DNA from: Malacoraja senta
Lineage: Eukaryota
Assembly (NCBI GenBank): GCA_038087875.1
Contig: JAXLNO010001731.1
Coordinates: 186,001 to 250,000 of the forward strand
Direction: 5' to 3'
DNA length: 64,000 nt
Shown here: positions 14,130-28,630 of the stretch, in pieces
Numbering within the stretch: position 1 is the first letter of the stretch
Layout: the number at the start of each line of letters is the position of its first letter
Made by a program: the position numbers and the translations under genes
The notes under the pieces: generated by a model
Databases searched by the model: none
What the model was told of the DNA's origin: nothing
Seen by the model: only the letters and a program-made list of their open reading frames with translations

Positions 14130-15755
14130 GAATGTGAAAATTGGTGAAGGAAAGGTGATAGACTTGGAGTTCAATAACACTTTTGACAATGTATGGTAGG
14201 CTGATCCAGAGAGCATCTGAAATGTGATGGCAGACCAGATCCCAAATTGGCTTGGGGATAGGAGGCAAAAGAGTATGGTGGATGGGTATTTCTCTGACAG
14301 GAAGTTGTAGTAAGTAGTGTATCACAGGTAGCTTTGTTATTTATAATATATATAAATGACTTTGATGAGTATGTAGGCGGATTAGTAGGTTTACAATGGT
14401 ACAAACATTAGTGGAGTCATGGACAGTGAAGAAGACTGCCAAATGTCCCACTTAGGCGATTTTTCAGTCGCCTGAAAAACTGACGACTGGAACGGCGACT
14501 GTCAGATTGGAACATACACACACATCACTTCCTTCACCAGCCCATTATGCAGGCGGGGGACAGGGCAAGCGGGGGGAGCGCTGTCCGAGTGAAACTCACA
14601 CGGTGCAAAGCCAATGTGATACAGACACACACCGCAATGAGCAGAAAGGTTGGCGCTGTGATTAAGACAGTGAAAGCACAGTGTACGGGAAGGGTCATGT
14701 AAGTCCTTTAAAGGAGAGGGGGGAGAAGGGGAGAGAAGGAGTGGAGACAACTTTTAAGAAGCCAGAGATAAACAGCTGTGAAGTTCGGCAGACATTAACA
14801 TTACCGGTATGTTATCCTTGGTTCTGAAAACTACTGCTTATGTTTTTTTTCCCCAATGAGCCAATGAAATTCACCGGTCAGCACTGGCTACAACCTATGA
14901 GAACCTATGAGAACCTTCGACCTCCTGGCAACCCACTACCACTGCACCTACGGCACGAGAATTCTCGCTACTCTCCATGGCGGCTTCATTCTGGTCGGCA
15001 CTAATTTTTCAACATGTTGAAAAATTTTCAATTTTTCAACATGTTCCTCACGACCATGAAGGCGACTACCCGGCAACCACCCGCGAACATGTGGCGACCG
15101 CATAGTCACCTTCAGTCGCCTAAAAAGTTGCCTAAGTGGGACGGGCCCATTAGGATACAGAGAGACATAAATCAGCTTGGGAGTTGGGCAAATTGCTGGC
15201 AGGTGGAATTTAATCTGGACAAATGTGAGGTGATGCACATTGGAAAATCAAATTTTGGTAGGATGGCTGGAACTTTAGGAAAGTTGATGTACACCGAAAC
15301 CTTGGGGTGTAAGTCCATAACTCTCTAAAAGATGGTGACACATGTAAATAGGTGGTGAAGAAGATAATTAGGTATGCTTGCTTGCCTTTATTGCCCGAGC
15401 TCGAGTTGTAACGTTATTTATGTTAGATTTCACTCAGAATATTGTGTAAAGTTCTGGTCACCACATTACAGAAAATATGTGGTTGCAACAGAAATAATGC
15501 AGAAGAGATTCACCAGGATGTTGTCTGGAATGGAGGGCTTATGAGGAATGATTAGATTCTAGTGAGGGGGAGTCTGAAACTAGATGGCATAGGTTTAAAG
15601 TGACAAGCAAGATCCGAGGGGTAAGTTTTCTTACACCAAAAGTGGTGGTTATGTGGAATGAGGTGACAGATGAAGTGGTAGGGCCAAATATAATTATGTT
15701 TAAAAGGAATTTATGTAAATGTTTAGGCATGAACTGCGGAGATTTGGACCACCTC
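14130..15755 (+). mobile_element. Degenerate CR1 LINE (RT to 3' end) interrupted by a MITE
   Basis: RT remnant (tatataaatgactttgatgag...gacagtgaagaagactg) resumes after 15150 as IQRDINQLGSWANCWQVEFNLDKCEVMHIGKSN. Confidence 0.75.
14444..15149. mobile_element. PIF/Harbinger-like MITE nested in CR1
   Basis: Left TIR tgtcccacttaggcga (truncated), right TIR tgcctaagtgggacgggccca followed by TTA, internal palindrome ttttcaacatgttgaaaa. Splits a CR1 reading frame. Confidence 0.75.
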
Positions 15756-17153
15756 AATATTTAAGATAAATAGAATTAGGGAGGCTGACAACAAGTGGGG
15801 AAAGGTTAATAATGTTTCAACAGTGACTGAGGTGGGGAAGCAGATATGAATAGTTTTAGTGAAAGCACAGACGTGATCTACACCATGCATAAATAAAAGG
15901 TGACGCAAAGTTGTGAACTGTTTGGCTAAGTTTTAGAAGTTTTTGTTTTAGATAGGTGCTGAAGAGACAGATGATTTCTGGAGAAAAAATATTGTGATAG
16001 AAACCATGGCATTCCTCGGCAGTCTTCATTCCCCAGGAATGGTGGGAGTTCACAGAGAAAGACCTCCAACTTAGTAATAGTAGACTTTTGGCGCAGTCCC
16101 TCAGTGGGACAAACCAACAGTTGCAGACATCTCTTCTTTAAATGCTTCTAAAGAAATTCTCATCTTCTCTGGCCATTATTATTATCCCAAAATCTGAAAC
16201 CATTCTTGTAGCTGCTCTACAGGCGTTAGGTTTCATTGCTGTGATTGGACATGTTCCTGAGACATCAGCACAGAAAAATGTAGGCTTACCTCCAGTGTAA
16301 TACTGTGAATGTCACTTTGATGGAAGGGTTACATTTCCAACCTAATTACTTCCTCAAGAAACTATAACAATTCTGGCAACAATATGAAGAGAACAAGAGG
16401 GTGTTAGGGTTAACATTTATTCCTTGCTCGATATCTCAAGAACACATATTGTGTTGATGTTCCATTGCTGATGGGAGGGACATTACATCTCAGCACTGGT
16501 TACACTTAAAAATAATTTTAACTGGACATATTTTGAAATGTTCTAGAGCGGTATGGATTACACTTTGTAAATACAAATCTACCCTTTCTGAACTATGACG
16601 TTCAAAAATACGCATGATTACAGTAGCAGTTCATCTTTGGTAATATGCAGGAGGTATCATGTTGAAGCTGATTTCTGGAGTCTCCTTCAAATTCAGCTTT
16701 GAAGTCATTGAAACAGAACTTTGGGAGCAGCATACGAGGTGCAGCTGTTGCTTTGCTACATATTTAACGCATGCAACCCAAGAGATATTTCCACTTCAAA
16801 TTCCATCTGGGGCAGAATTAGTGCTGGTTTTTGTATTCAATGCTCTATTTATAGAAGACCGGGTCATATGTTATATTAGCTGCTTTGTTAATTTGCCCTG
16901 TCAATGTCATAGCAAGAGTCTTCTTTTGCACCTCTTTACAATTCACCATTGAGTTTCTTTATTTTCCTGCGTACTGTAAATGTATCAGTTCCCATGTTTT
17001 GGAGTTTACTTTCATTTTTCTTTGCTGACAGTGCCCTGATCACAGATTTTTTAAATCTAATTCCTGTACCTGAAAGTTCCAAATCTACAAACTTTGATAT
17101 TATGTCCAGGTCATTAATGTTTATTCCACAAAGGAAAGTCTACTGTAAGTTTA

Positions 17154-17332
17154 ACACAAAGTGCTGGAGTAACTCAGTGGGTCGGGAAGCATCTCCGGAA
17201 GACATGGATAGGTGACATTTCTGCCGAAAACATCACCTAACCACATCATCCACAAATGCTGCCTGACCCGCTGAGTTACTCCAGCATTTTCTGTTTTGCT
17301 CAAGATTCCAGCATCTGCAGTTCCTTGTGTCT
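17154..17332. mobile_element. Fold-back pair of Penelope terminal repeats with TSD
   Basis: gtgctggagtaactcagtgggtc...ggtga is inverted against tcacc...gacccgctgagttactccagcat. Flanked by ctgtaagttta (17143-17153) and ctgtaaattta (17333-17343). Confidence 0.75.
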
Positions 17333-17339
17333 CTGTAAA

Positions 17340-17664
17340 TTTAGTCTAGTTTAATTAAAGAAGCAGCACGGAAACAGCCCTTTAGGTCCACTAAGTTCAC
17401 GTTGACCATCGATCACTGCTCCACACTGGTTCTATATTATCCCACTTCCTCATCCACTCCCTACAAATTAGGGCAAATTTACAGAGGCCAATTATCCTGC
17501 AAACCTACATGTCCTTGGGATGTGGGAGGAAAGCGGAGCGCCCAGAGGAAACCCATGCAGTCAGAGGGAGAATGTGCAAACTCCACACTGACAGCACCCA
17601 AGGTCAGGATTGAAGCCAGGTCTCTGGTGCAGTAAGACAGCAGCTGTGTCACTGTGCTGCCCAC
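17340..17664 (-). mobile_element. HE1-like V-SINE
   Basis: Reverse complement of the 10619 element family (tgtgggaggaaagcggagcgcccagaggaaacccatgc; caggattgaagccagg). Confidence 0.8.
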
Positions 17665-17878
17665 TTCCTTCCAACTGAAAAGGTCTTCCTCAAAACTGAA
17701 AAATAGCAGCTACTCTGGAGTTGAGATGCATTCTGTCCTCATTTGTATACGGTCATTTGAGACAGAGTAAGATTCAGTACAGCCACTCTGGCCTATTTCC
17801 CACAGTTCTAACATCATCTTCCTACCTGAACATTTTGTACTTGGCTAAAAAAGCAGAGTACAACTTATTCTTTCTTAA

Positions 17879-18410
17879 AGCCCGTCCCACTTTCACGACC
17901 TAATTGGCGACCTCTGCCGAGTTTGCCCTTGACTCATACTCGCAGCATGGTCTCCACGAGGTCATAGGAGGTCTTCGTAACTCTTTCTCATGCTCGTGAG
18001 TGGTCTCCACGTACTCGTGGCCTCAAGTAGGTCGTGCCGTTTTTTCAAGCCTGATAAAAAAATGTCCACGAGTAAAAAAAAGTCGGCATGGAAAAAATTG
18101 ATACTTTTTACTAGTAGGTAGGTCGTAGTAGGTCGTGATGGTAGTCGTAGGTAGTCGTAGGTCGGTAACTGACCCGAGAAAAAAAATGCAAACATGACAT
18201 CATTTTATCTTGTGATCATTTTCTACTCGTAGCTAGTCGTAGTTGGTCTTAGGTGTGGAAGACTGAGGTCGAGGGGGGTTGTAGGAGGTCGTAGACATAG
18301 TCGTAGGAGGTCTTCTACTTCGGCGAGTCAACACGACCGTGACATTATTTTTCAACTCGTCTAGGGTCCTCTAAACTCGTGGATTAGGTCGTCCAAGTGG
18401 GACAAGCCCT
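17879..18410. mobile_element. PIF/Harbinger-like MITE
   Basis: TIRs agcccgtcccactt and aagtgggacaagccct with TAA on both flanks; internal arrays of gtcgtag motifs; CpG-rich. Confidence 0.78.
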
Positions 18411-21400
18411 TAACTTCCTTTGCTATCTTTCCTGCTACCTTCAGTCATCTGTGGTCATAGATTCCAAGATCCCTCTGTTAGTATATCCTACTATTTATTG
18501 ACAATTCTCTTAAGTAGTTTGACCTGCCCAAATGTATTACTTTGCACCTCTTTTTCCCTTTCTCACTAATTCAATGATGTTTTCCTGCAACTTAGAATTT
18601 ATTTCAGCTAGCTTTGTGATCACAGTCTTTATCATGGTCCCAACATTTAAATGCAAGTTATGTAAAAATAAGCAAAAAGCATATGGGACCTCACTGCCTC
18701 CAGTCCTGTAGTTACATCAACTATTATCTGTTACTAACTTTTTAATCCAACATCACTCTACATTAAATCCCTTGAGCGTTTATTGAAAACAGCACAGACT
18801 CTAATGAACAGTCATAGTTTAAAGCCGCAAAGAGATTTATTTTATGAAAAGAAACAATATAAATATGAGCTTCATAATACATCTCATGAATCATATCAAC
18901 TGTGACCATGATGAGAATGTGGAAAACAGCATTGTGCCAGAATAATGATCATTGATCGGTGCTAAAGTACAAAGAAACAAACAATACTTTCTGAGAACGA
19001 TGAAAGCATATATGTTTCAATGTAATTATAAATGTTGTGATCATATTATCAGATGTTTAATCCAATGTTTACATCAATATTTGCATTTGTCAAATATCTT
19101 TGTCTTAAAAAAATGTTGTTTTACTGAACAAAATATTCAGCCCATCTAAGCAGTCAAATAATGCTGAATTAGATATGAATTAGATATGCCTGACTTATAA
19201 TCATGTGTTCAGCCACATTTTCTCTAAAGCCTGAGCTGATAACTGGAGGCACCACTTTCCAGTCTGTGACTGATCTACTTATTCTGGCATCAAGGGTTAT
19301 TAGACTGAGCATAGCAAAAACAGTAGGAATTATTCTATACACAGCAACCACTAAAACTTAAAAAAATAATTTGTGAGAAGAAATTTGTTCCAACTGATAT
19401 TTTCTGTTGCAACCCACAATAGCACAGTTAACTAGGGAACAGATAATTAGAGAAATGTTCTCACATTATTGGTGCTCGTGTGAGTTAATCCATTGTTCTT
19501 GTAATTAAATACAATTTTCCTTTCCATATGGGCAGACAGTGAAATAGGAAGACTTTAATCAGTCCACAGACATTTAGTATTTATTTAGAACAGTCACACT
19601 TGGACTATTAACTACAAGTTAAAAATTCAAAGATAGATTGTAGTCCATATCCAGTATTGAATTTGTGTATTGTTTATTTAGTTTGATTCATTTGGCATTA
19701 TTCATAACTATTTCAGAGTTCTGCATCCATCCAATCCATTTTTGTTTGTATGTGTGTGATGGGTGAGTGGGATGATAATTCCAAAGGTTATGGAGAAGAA
19801 ATTTGCTTGAAAAGCTGTTAATTTTTTTTGGAAAAAATAGTCAATTAACATAGGATTAAATCAAGGCAATTGAAAAGATGCAAGATATCTGTATTTTAAA
19901 ATATAAGCTCCACCTCATTACGAGAGACAGGTATCTTATGCTTTAGAGAGAAGATACATAGTACAATCAATGTTTCAGGACATTAGTACAATACACCCAG
20001 AGATAAAGAGATCAATATTATTAAACTCAGATATTTCAATAATCAAAAATGTGAGAATCAGAGGCAATTACTGAAGATATTGTATGTTGCACCATCATTT
20101 AGCCTGAATAATGCACTGGTAAATATGGCATTTAATCAATTGCTTCTCAGAGTAATTCCCTCACATTACTGACTGCAAATAATCTATAATTTCCAAAACA
20201 TAATGAGTTCACAATTAAAATGAATAATTTGTTAAAATTTACCAGATTTGCAGTTCTAGATTATTTTTGTAATACAGCAGCTTTTTAAAAAGAATTTGTA
20301 CAACGTAACAAAACACAGATTAAATGAGGACACATAGTGGCAGGTTGCACTTTTCTACCCTCACTCAGTTGATTAAACTCATTGTATTTATCACAACCAC
20401 TGACAATTATGACTGAAAATCCTTACTCATGTATCAGTGAGCCATTGACAATTAAATGTAACATATAAGAAAAATCCACTGGGTGTTAATAATTAATTTA
20501 GAAATGTATAGTACAAAATCAGCAGCATATTTGTTTTATTTATGCATGAATGTGCATGACCAACACATTAAATTGGATGTGCATTTGGCTATTAAACCAG
20601 ATAGCAGTAGATAATGCTTAAAAATGGAATAAAGTAACCTCAGCCAGCCATATATGGCTTGGATATTACAGACATATTGACAGCAAAATTGCCAGCATTC
20701 ACTGTGCAACGGATAGTAATTTTTGGATTGCAGGCATCCACAATGAAATGTGGAAGTTCAGAATTGGTCTGCTATGATTGCACTCCCCTCCAAAGGATGG
20801 GCTGTTTTACAACCTTCTCCAGTCTGATCTGCAAGAATTGGAGATTTAAGGATTGAAGAATAAGTTTGAAGATATTGTGCATTGTTGCATGCTTTATAAA
20901 TGTTTTATTAGCATACTACATTGTTTTACTGCTGTCACTAAGAAAATCAATGTTATATGCATGATTTATAATTCCCTCAAATGTTTAGAGGATATGCATT
21001 TTAAACTAACATTTTTAATTCTGATATTTCAAATTCCACTTTAATCCTGGATATGTGTCAATCTTTTTTTTATCTGCAAGATGTGTGCACTATGGTTAGA
21101 ATTGTTTTTTTGTTAAACTGGCTGGTTTTCTTTTAGAATTCTTCAGTACGATTTCCACAATGGTGGCTGTGCCGCCATTTAAACTGGTTAACGCTAATGT
21201 TTCGAATTTGACTCTCAAATATTGGGAAAAGTATAGTTCATAACATAATCAGTGGTGAGCATTATTTCCACACCATTGTCTGCAACATCTAGTCCTACAT
21301 GTGCACGTAGATACCTGGAGATGATTGCCAGATTATATTATTTGTATATTGCTCAAGCTCCATGTTTATGAATTGTAATATAAACAAAGTGATATAATGA

Positions 21401-21801
21401 CTTCCTAAATGTACTTTAATTTCAAATAGGATCGGGGTGGAAACTTGTTACCAGGAATTTTCTCTGAAGCTTCTTCATCTCACCACTTTGCTAATTAGGA
21501 AAATAACCAAGAACATGGACTTCAACCACCTTTGGACTACAGCCACGGTAGATAAAATTGCTTTTACATAAACCACATGGAGAAAATGGAACATTAAATG
21601 CTAAACATGTAATACAGCATAAATTCGTTGTCTTTGATGGTATCTTCAATGATTGTATCCAGCAGGGTTTTCAAATAAAGATTAAAAATAGGTCAAATAG
21701 ATTATATTCTGAGCATTCAAAGTAAAAAACATTGTTATGCATGTTTTGGGATTATTTGAATGTTATGTTATAGTTCTCTTGGAAATATTTGATCACTTGT
21801 C

Positions 21802-22096
21802 TTAGTTTAGTTTAGTTTCGAGATACGGCTTGGAACCAGGCCGTTCAGCCCACCGAGTCCGCAGCAACCAACTATCCCAGCACATTAACACTATCCTACA
21901 CACATTAGGGGCAATTTACACTTATACCAAGCCAATTACGTCTTTGGAGTGTGGGAGGAAACTGAAGATCTCGGAGAAAACCCACGCGGTCACAGAATGT
22001 ACAAACTCCGTACCGACAGCACCCGTAGTCGAGACCCGGGTCTCTGGTGCTGCAAGCGCTGTAAGACAGCAACTCTACCGCTGCCACCGTGCCACA
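21802..22096 (-). mobile_element. HE1-like V-SINE
   Basis: (ttag)n tail at left, gtgggaggaaactgaagatctcggagaaaacccacgcgg, and 5' end ccgtgccac. Confidence 0.85.
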
Positions 22097-22605
22097 ATGT
22101 GTATGAGTCTTTTGGCTGATGCATTAGCTTTGAAAGTCCCAAATGAACTAAAAGCTCCTGGTGATATATGGTGAATTTTTGCAAACTCCAGTCACATTAT
22201 CAATAAAATATTGGCCTGAGCCCCAGGTCACTCTCTCATTGACATTTTTTTTTTTTAATTTATATTGTCTAAATCAAAATCAATGAATAATATTTAATGA
22301 GAAAAACATAAAAGTACAAGTAATTGGAGAAGGATTAAACTACCCAGTCTCAAGGTGTTCCACTATTAAATGTTATGCCCGATCTGATCATAGCCTAAGA
22401 CCATGGAACTCCATAGATTCTTCATGAAACATCATTGAAAATACTACAATATATGTTTTATATATTTAAGTGTAATGTAAAAATGGAACATCCTTTACTG
22501 ATTACCCAATTTATCCTTTCACAGATTAGGAGTTAATGCTTGTATACCAGTTAGCAAGGGAACGTGTGATTTTAAGTGAAACATGCAGAATTAAAATTTT
22601 GGTTC

Positions 22606-23325
22606 ACACGGGACCCACAGTCCCGTTTATATCAACGGGTCGATGGTGGAAAGGGTCAAGAACTTCAAATTCCTGGGCGTGCATATTTCCGAAGATCTCT
22701 CCTGGTCCCAGAACACTGATGCAATCATAAAGAAAGCACATCAGCGCCTCTACTTCCTGAGAAGATTACGGAGAGTCAGTATGTCAAGGACTCTCTCGAA
22801 CTTCTACGGTGCACAGTAGAGACCAGGCTGACCGGTTGCATCGTGGCTTGGTACGGCAACCTGAGCGTCCAGGAGCGGAAAAGACTGAAAAAAGTTGTAA
22901 ACACTGCCCAGTCCATCATTGGCTCTGACCTCCCTACCATCGAGGGGATCTATCGCAGTTGCTGCCTCAAAAGGGCTGCCAGCATCATCAAGGTCCCACA
23001 CCATCCTGGCCATACACTCATATCTCCGCTGCCATCAGGTAGGAGGTACAGCTGCCTGAAATCTGCAACATCCAGGTTCAGGAACAGCTACTTCCCCACA
23101 GCCATCAGAATATTAAACACAACTTCAAACAAACGCTGAACTATAGCAGCCTATTGCACTTTTTATTTATGTGTGTATATATATATTCTATGGTATATGG
23201 ACACACTGGTCTGATCTGATTTTATGCCTACAATATTCTGTTGTGCCAACAATGTTGTGCTGCAGCAAACAAGAATTCCATTGTCCTATCTGGGACACAT
23301 GACAATAAACGGACTTGACTTGACT
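22606..23325 (+). mobile_element. Rex1/Babar-clade LINE, 5'-truncated
   Basis: Encodes SPVYINGSMVERVKNFKFLGVHISEDLSW...AHQRLYFLRRLR and AWYGNLS...HHPGHTLISPLPSGRRY...RFRNSYFPTAIR; ends aataaac(ggacttgacttgact). Confidence 0.85.
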
Positions 23326-23987
23326 AAGTGAATCAATATCTTATTTGTTAGTTGGTGGGCTGTGGGAGTGGGACACCCGTTGTACTTTTTTGCATTGTTG
23401 GGCTCAAAAGCACCATCACTTCAAACTCCAATGAGTAAATGACAAACAGTGACACAGATTGACATAATTACAATTCTGAATTCATCAGGAAATGTAATTT
23501 TTTTTTAGCAGAGGGCTGATCCTCTTTGTCCTTCCAATCCGAAGCGTGTTTTACTTTAACATGACCCATCTGCTCTAAAATGGTTTTATTGGTAACATTT
23601 GAGGGCTGGTTTATCTCAAAGAAGCATACATTCCTACAGTCCAATTGAATATACACAGGAATGACATGCTACATCAAACGATTGGTGTAAAGATAAAACA
23701 TGTTTAGTTTGTGTTATTTTACTGCATTCAAGTGATTTGGCCAGTTGATCATTGTTATTTTAAGAATGTTATGGCAGTAACTGAAGTTCTCTTCACAGTA
23801 AAGTGCAAATCTTAAGTTGTAAAAGGTAATTAACTAGGATTTCATTAATCAAAATGCAGCATTGTGTTGCAATTTAATTTTGTGCTATGGATAGATGGTG
23901 AGCTGAAATATCTAAATGGCTCAAATGATAGGCTGGAGATAAATCTTATTTAGTAGCATCCAGAAATGAAATTCATTGGCTGGTATT

Positions 23988-24304
23988 GATTGATTGAAAG
24001 ATACAACATGGAAAGAGGTTCTTCAGCCCACCGAGTGCACGCTGACCATCGATCACATTAGTTTGATATTATCCCACATTCACATCCACTCCCTACACAC
24101 TAAGGGCAATTTATAGAGGCCAATTAACCTACAAACATACAGGTCTTTAGGATGCAGGAGGAAAGCAGAGCACCTGGAGGAAATCCACATGGTCACACGG
24201 AGAATGTGTACACTCCATATAGACAGCACCCACAGTCAGGATTGAACCCAGGACTCTGGCACTGTACTATAGCAGCTTTACCAGCTGCATCACTTTGCCG
24301 CCCT
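23988..24304 (-). mobile_element. HE1-like V-SINE
   Basis: (attg)n tail, gaggaaagcagagcacctggaggaaatccaca, caggattgaaccc. Confidence 0.78.
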
Positions 24305-24592
24305 GTATACCTGATTGTGACAACTGATGGAATGAATAATTATACTTAACTCCGTGGGCTTCTATTGTACACCTGAGATCTTATATCAATATAGTGCAAC
24401 CAGACATTTCACCGCAATGTGTCTCTGTTGGAAAATTCTCAACACATCCTTCGAAGTGTTTGCCATTTAAACAGCAAGCTCATAATACTTAAAATGATCC
24501 ATGATTTATTCCTTTAATAATACACACGAAGATTAATAGTCACAGCTGGTAATGGTTTAATTTCTCCAAGATATGCAGTTTGCCAAACACCA

Positions 24593-24715
24593 TGACATAG
24601 GAACAGAATTAGGCCATTCAGCCCATCGAGTCTACTCCGCCATTCAATCATGGCTGATCTATTTTTCCCTCTCAACCCCATTCTTCTGTCTTCTCCCCAT
24701 AACTTTCTAATCAAG
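24593..24715 (-). mobile_element. CR1 3' terminal fragment
   Basis: cataggaacagaattaggccattcagcccatcgagtctactccgccattcaatcatggctgatct. Confidence 0.75.
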
Positions 24716-25255
24716 AAATATTGGATTTTAAAACTGGAGTGGACTCCATGGAAGGAAACTGAAGCTGCTGGTGATGAAAGACAATTTTAGAAGGTACACT
24801 CCAATAAATGTTAGGTATTCGTTTGAGTAGCCAAAGAAACCTGATCCTAGGACACTTCTCGGCTTCCTTGTGACCCGCACTATCAGCTCTATAAAGCTGT
24901 ATTTCCCACTGGGGTAATCAATATCTGCACTTAACAAATCAAAAATGCTGCTCTAAAAGACAAGCATGCTCAACTAAACTAAGATCTATATGTTTCTCCT
25001 GAATTTAAGTGCTTCATTTATTTTATCAGCAGTCAAATGGCATTTGACAGTTGCCATGGTGATTGAGTAATGGTGCAGACAATGGTAAGTTATCACTAGA
25101 CAATTCACATAAAGAACTGAATACAAAATGAAGTTGATTTGAATTAATAGCTGTTAGAAGAATGTTAAAGGTCTTATATTGATGCATTCTCTGGGGCAGG
25201 TTAAGAAACCCTGCAGAAATAGGCATAACAACCTTTCAAAGGTTGACTACAATGT

Positions 25256-25332
25256 TCAAAAGATTGTGTTTTTATTTTGTTGGGCTTAATGGTAATTTCC
25301 TTCCGGGGATGAATAAAGTTTTATCGTATCGT
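25256..25332 (+). mobile_element. Rex-type LINE 3' tail remnant
   Basis: aatttccttccggggatgaataaagttttatcgtatcgta terminal structure. Confidence 0.5.
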
Positions 25333-28261
25333 AAATCAATTCTGAAATATATTTTGTTAATTGTGTCTTTTTTACAATTCCCACTGTCACACTTTTTTGC
25401 AATTCCCTTTCCAGAACCAAGACAGTCATTGAGTTACAAGGTGGAATCAACTGGAATAAAAGCAACTCTGTATCATTACTAGGAGAAACAATCTGTGGCC
25501 AGAGCAATGAAGGTACAGTTTTTTTTATTTTACTCCTCTGAATTTATCACAGAAATTGACTGCATTTTGCACATCCTGTGCAAACGAATCCAGCCGAATT
25601 CTACTTCCTAGTTCTCGCTTCATAACACAACATATCGAGTGCTGACCCAGCTTTTTGAATATTTCAATCACTGCCGTCCTTTTAGGCAGTGAGGTTTGGA
25701 CTCCATAATATCTTCATCTTAATTAATTTACGGGGAGTACATATTTCAAGAAGGTGAGCTACTTCCTTGATGCATTAAACTTGTGTGGCGATGGGATGTT
25801 CTTAACTCCCCACTTATCCTTAAATCTGTAACCCCTAGTTATTCACTTCCTTGCTAGGGGAAACCAATGCCTCCTATCCACTCTATTTCAGACTCTCATC
25901 ATTTGTACTTCTCATTTATAAAATCATAAATAATTTTTTGGTTGAATTTAATGAGGTTTAGTTTATTATGCAACTAGGAGGAGCAGGGTCTGAATAAATA
26001 AATTACTGCTGGATCCCTCAATGTGCTACTAACAATGAAAATGGATGGTCATTATCAAAGCTTTTTTACAGTCATGAGCTACACATGTTGAAAATGTATT
26101 TGAATAATTTCTTTCTTTCCCACCTATAGTATATGCCAATGTTTTTCTGACATGAAACATGTACAATCATCTTTGGTTCTTCATTTAACATTCAATTAGG
26201 TACACAAAGGTGTGTTCAAAAAATTGGGTTTGATTCATTGATCTTTGCCAAGCTTTTCTATCTGGACAGATTTATGTATGCCCCAATCACACCTTACAAT
26301 AGCATAGTTATGTGAAGTTGGGAAACACGGAAATAAACATTATCCTATCATCCCACAAATATACTCCGAGGTTGGGTTAAGGGGCTATTTTGGGAAAAGG
26401 TAGAATGATCATTCTTTGTGTTAATATTCAACTGATATCTTCATCTTAATTCATTTAGGGAATATGGGTATCTCAAGAGTTTAAGTTGCCTTCTTAATCC
26501 ATTACAGTGCTGTGAAAATACTCTGAGAGTGATGTCAGTTGGTTAGTTCTTAAATTTTGATCCAGTAACAATTTAAGAAAGGCAAAATGTGTCAAAGTCA
26601 AAATGGTCTGTGGCCTAAATAAGAACTTAATGTTAATGGTGCTGTTTCTAAAGGCTTGTTGCCATGGCCTTTTATGTGGTAGACATTGCAAGTTTGGGAC
26701 CTCAGACTGCTTGATAATAATACTTTGTGCTGACATATTCCTTTTCCTATTTCATACTTATATTATCTTAATAATACCATGTTTCCAATTAGCACTTCCT
26801 AACATTTGTAATTGATTATTTGGGTTTCATGCAATTAATTGAATAATTTGTATCAGGAGGGGCCATTTTAGTCTAATTCTAATTAATTTTTCAAATAGCT
26901 GTAATTGACCTACAAAAATAAATTAGAAATAATGCCATGAAAATAGTTGAAGAACATGAAGATTATCACTGGGAAAAGAGAGAAACAGAAAAGAACAATA
27001 TGACGTGGTGACTATTCCATGTTTCCAGATTTCTTTTTTTCCACATACTCATTTTTGTTTTTAAACTGGCAAGGCAGGGCATAAACCCAAGTGTTGCCCA
27101 AGTGTTTAAGTGATTACCCTGTAAAACAAAATATTGAAGATTACAACAAAATAATGATACAGCCAGTCTCAATTTTGGAGGCAGAGAAATTATTACAACC
27201 TGGAATTTAACAAATAAATTAACAAATATTGCAGAAAATCCATTCAATTACATTTTTTAAAACTTTAATTTTTTATGTATCTGTATATAGACATCTAATT
27301 ATTTCCCATAACATTATTCAGTAAGCAGATTTCAATCAAATCATCCTATGATGCTGCTTAATCTGAATTTTACAAAAAAACATGGTAATTTCCTATTTCT
27401 GATAACAATTTGCATCAATTACTGATGAGTCAATTAATTTGGAAGAAATTTAATTAATGACAAGTTCTACATAAAGGACTTTGTGATACAGCCAGAATAT
27501 GAACTGTTTATAAAATTGAATATTTTTCTTCATGTTTTTAAATTATGTTACCAGCAAGATTTTGGATATGTTTAGCCTACGAGTTTAATAGATAACTGAA
27601 CTCCCAAATAACTTTGCAGTAGTTATTCAAAAATGGTTTTGAGATTTTACTATATCACCATTTTCTAATTCTGAATTAGAAAATGAGATTTGCATCCACA
27701 CATAAATAATATTTTTGTAAAAAAAACGTTATAAATAGTATAGTTTGCCAAAAGTATAGCAATTATTCAATAATTTTGAGTATAGAAATGTCAGTTTGTT
27801 AACTCATTGTTGAATATTACGAAAGGGGAAAGATTCACGTTTGGTCAGAGATTTTAACGTTGTAACCAACTACTGCTTGTAGAATGTAGAAAGGGTATGT
27901 CAGTCAGGCTTTAAAAGATCTAAAGAAGACTGGAAAAGATTAAAGATAAAGGTTGCCTGCTGTTAAAATAAAAATTCTCAGTTCTCTTAAATAATTCACA
28001 TGCTCTTAATGTTTGATAACAATTCATTACTGAACGTTTATTTAAGGAGTCATGAAAATTCCATCAGATTTAAGAAAAAGCTTTAAATGGTTTTCTATGT
28101 AGTGGTGATACATAACTATTCTATCATGTATTAGAATAACGCATCTTGTGTTGACTCCAGAGAGATTTAATGTAATATTAATTCTGTTGTTCATGTACAA
28201 ATGTTGACTGAAATGCTGAGGTTTTTCATTTATTTTGTTTCTGAATTTTATTTTAAGATAT

Positions 28262-28630
28262 GGGGTGGTCTTACAGAGGTGTATAAAATCATGAGGGACA
28301 TAGTGTGAATGCACACAGTCTTTTCCTCAGAGTTTGGGAATGAAGAACTAGAGGCCGTAGATTTAAGATGAGAGCGGAAAGATTTAATGGGAACCCCAAG
28401 GGCAACTATGTCATGCAAAAGGTGACACTCATGAATGAGCTGCTAGAGGAAGTGGTTGATGCAGGTACAATAACAACATTTAAGGGAAATTTGGATAGGG
28501 AAACATGGATAGGAATGGTTTGGAGGAATATGGGTCAAATGCATGTAAGTGGGCCTAACATATATGGACATCTTGGTCAGTGTGGACGAGTTGGTTAAAA
28601 TATTTCCAGGATGTTTGATTCTATATATCT
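28262..28630 (+). mobile_element. Degenerate CR1 3' fragment
   Basis: cttacagaggtgtataaaatcatgagg...gaatgagctgctagaggaagtggttgatgcaggtacaataacaacatttaag. Confidence 0.72.

Noticed and set aside
16290-16372. Minus-strand exon-like segment with good splice sites
   Set aside because: It has stops in all three frames and no supporting context, so it cannot be told from a pseudo-exon.
17990-18330. Short gtcgtag repeats and long palindromes resembling a CRISPR or prokaryotic repeat array
   Set aside because: There is no constant repeat-spacer periodicity. The repeats lie within Harbinger MITE TIRs in a vertebrate genome.
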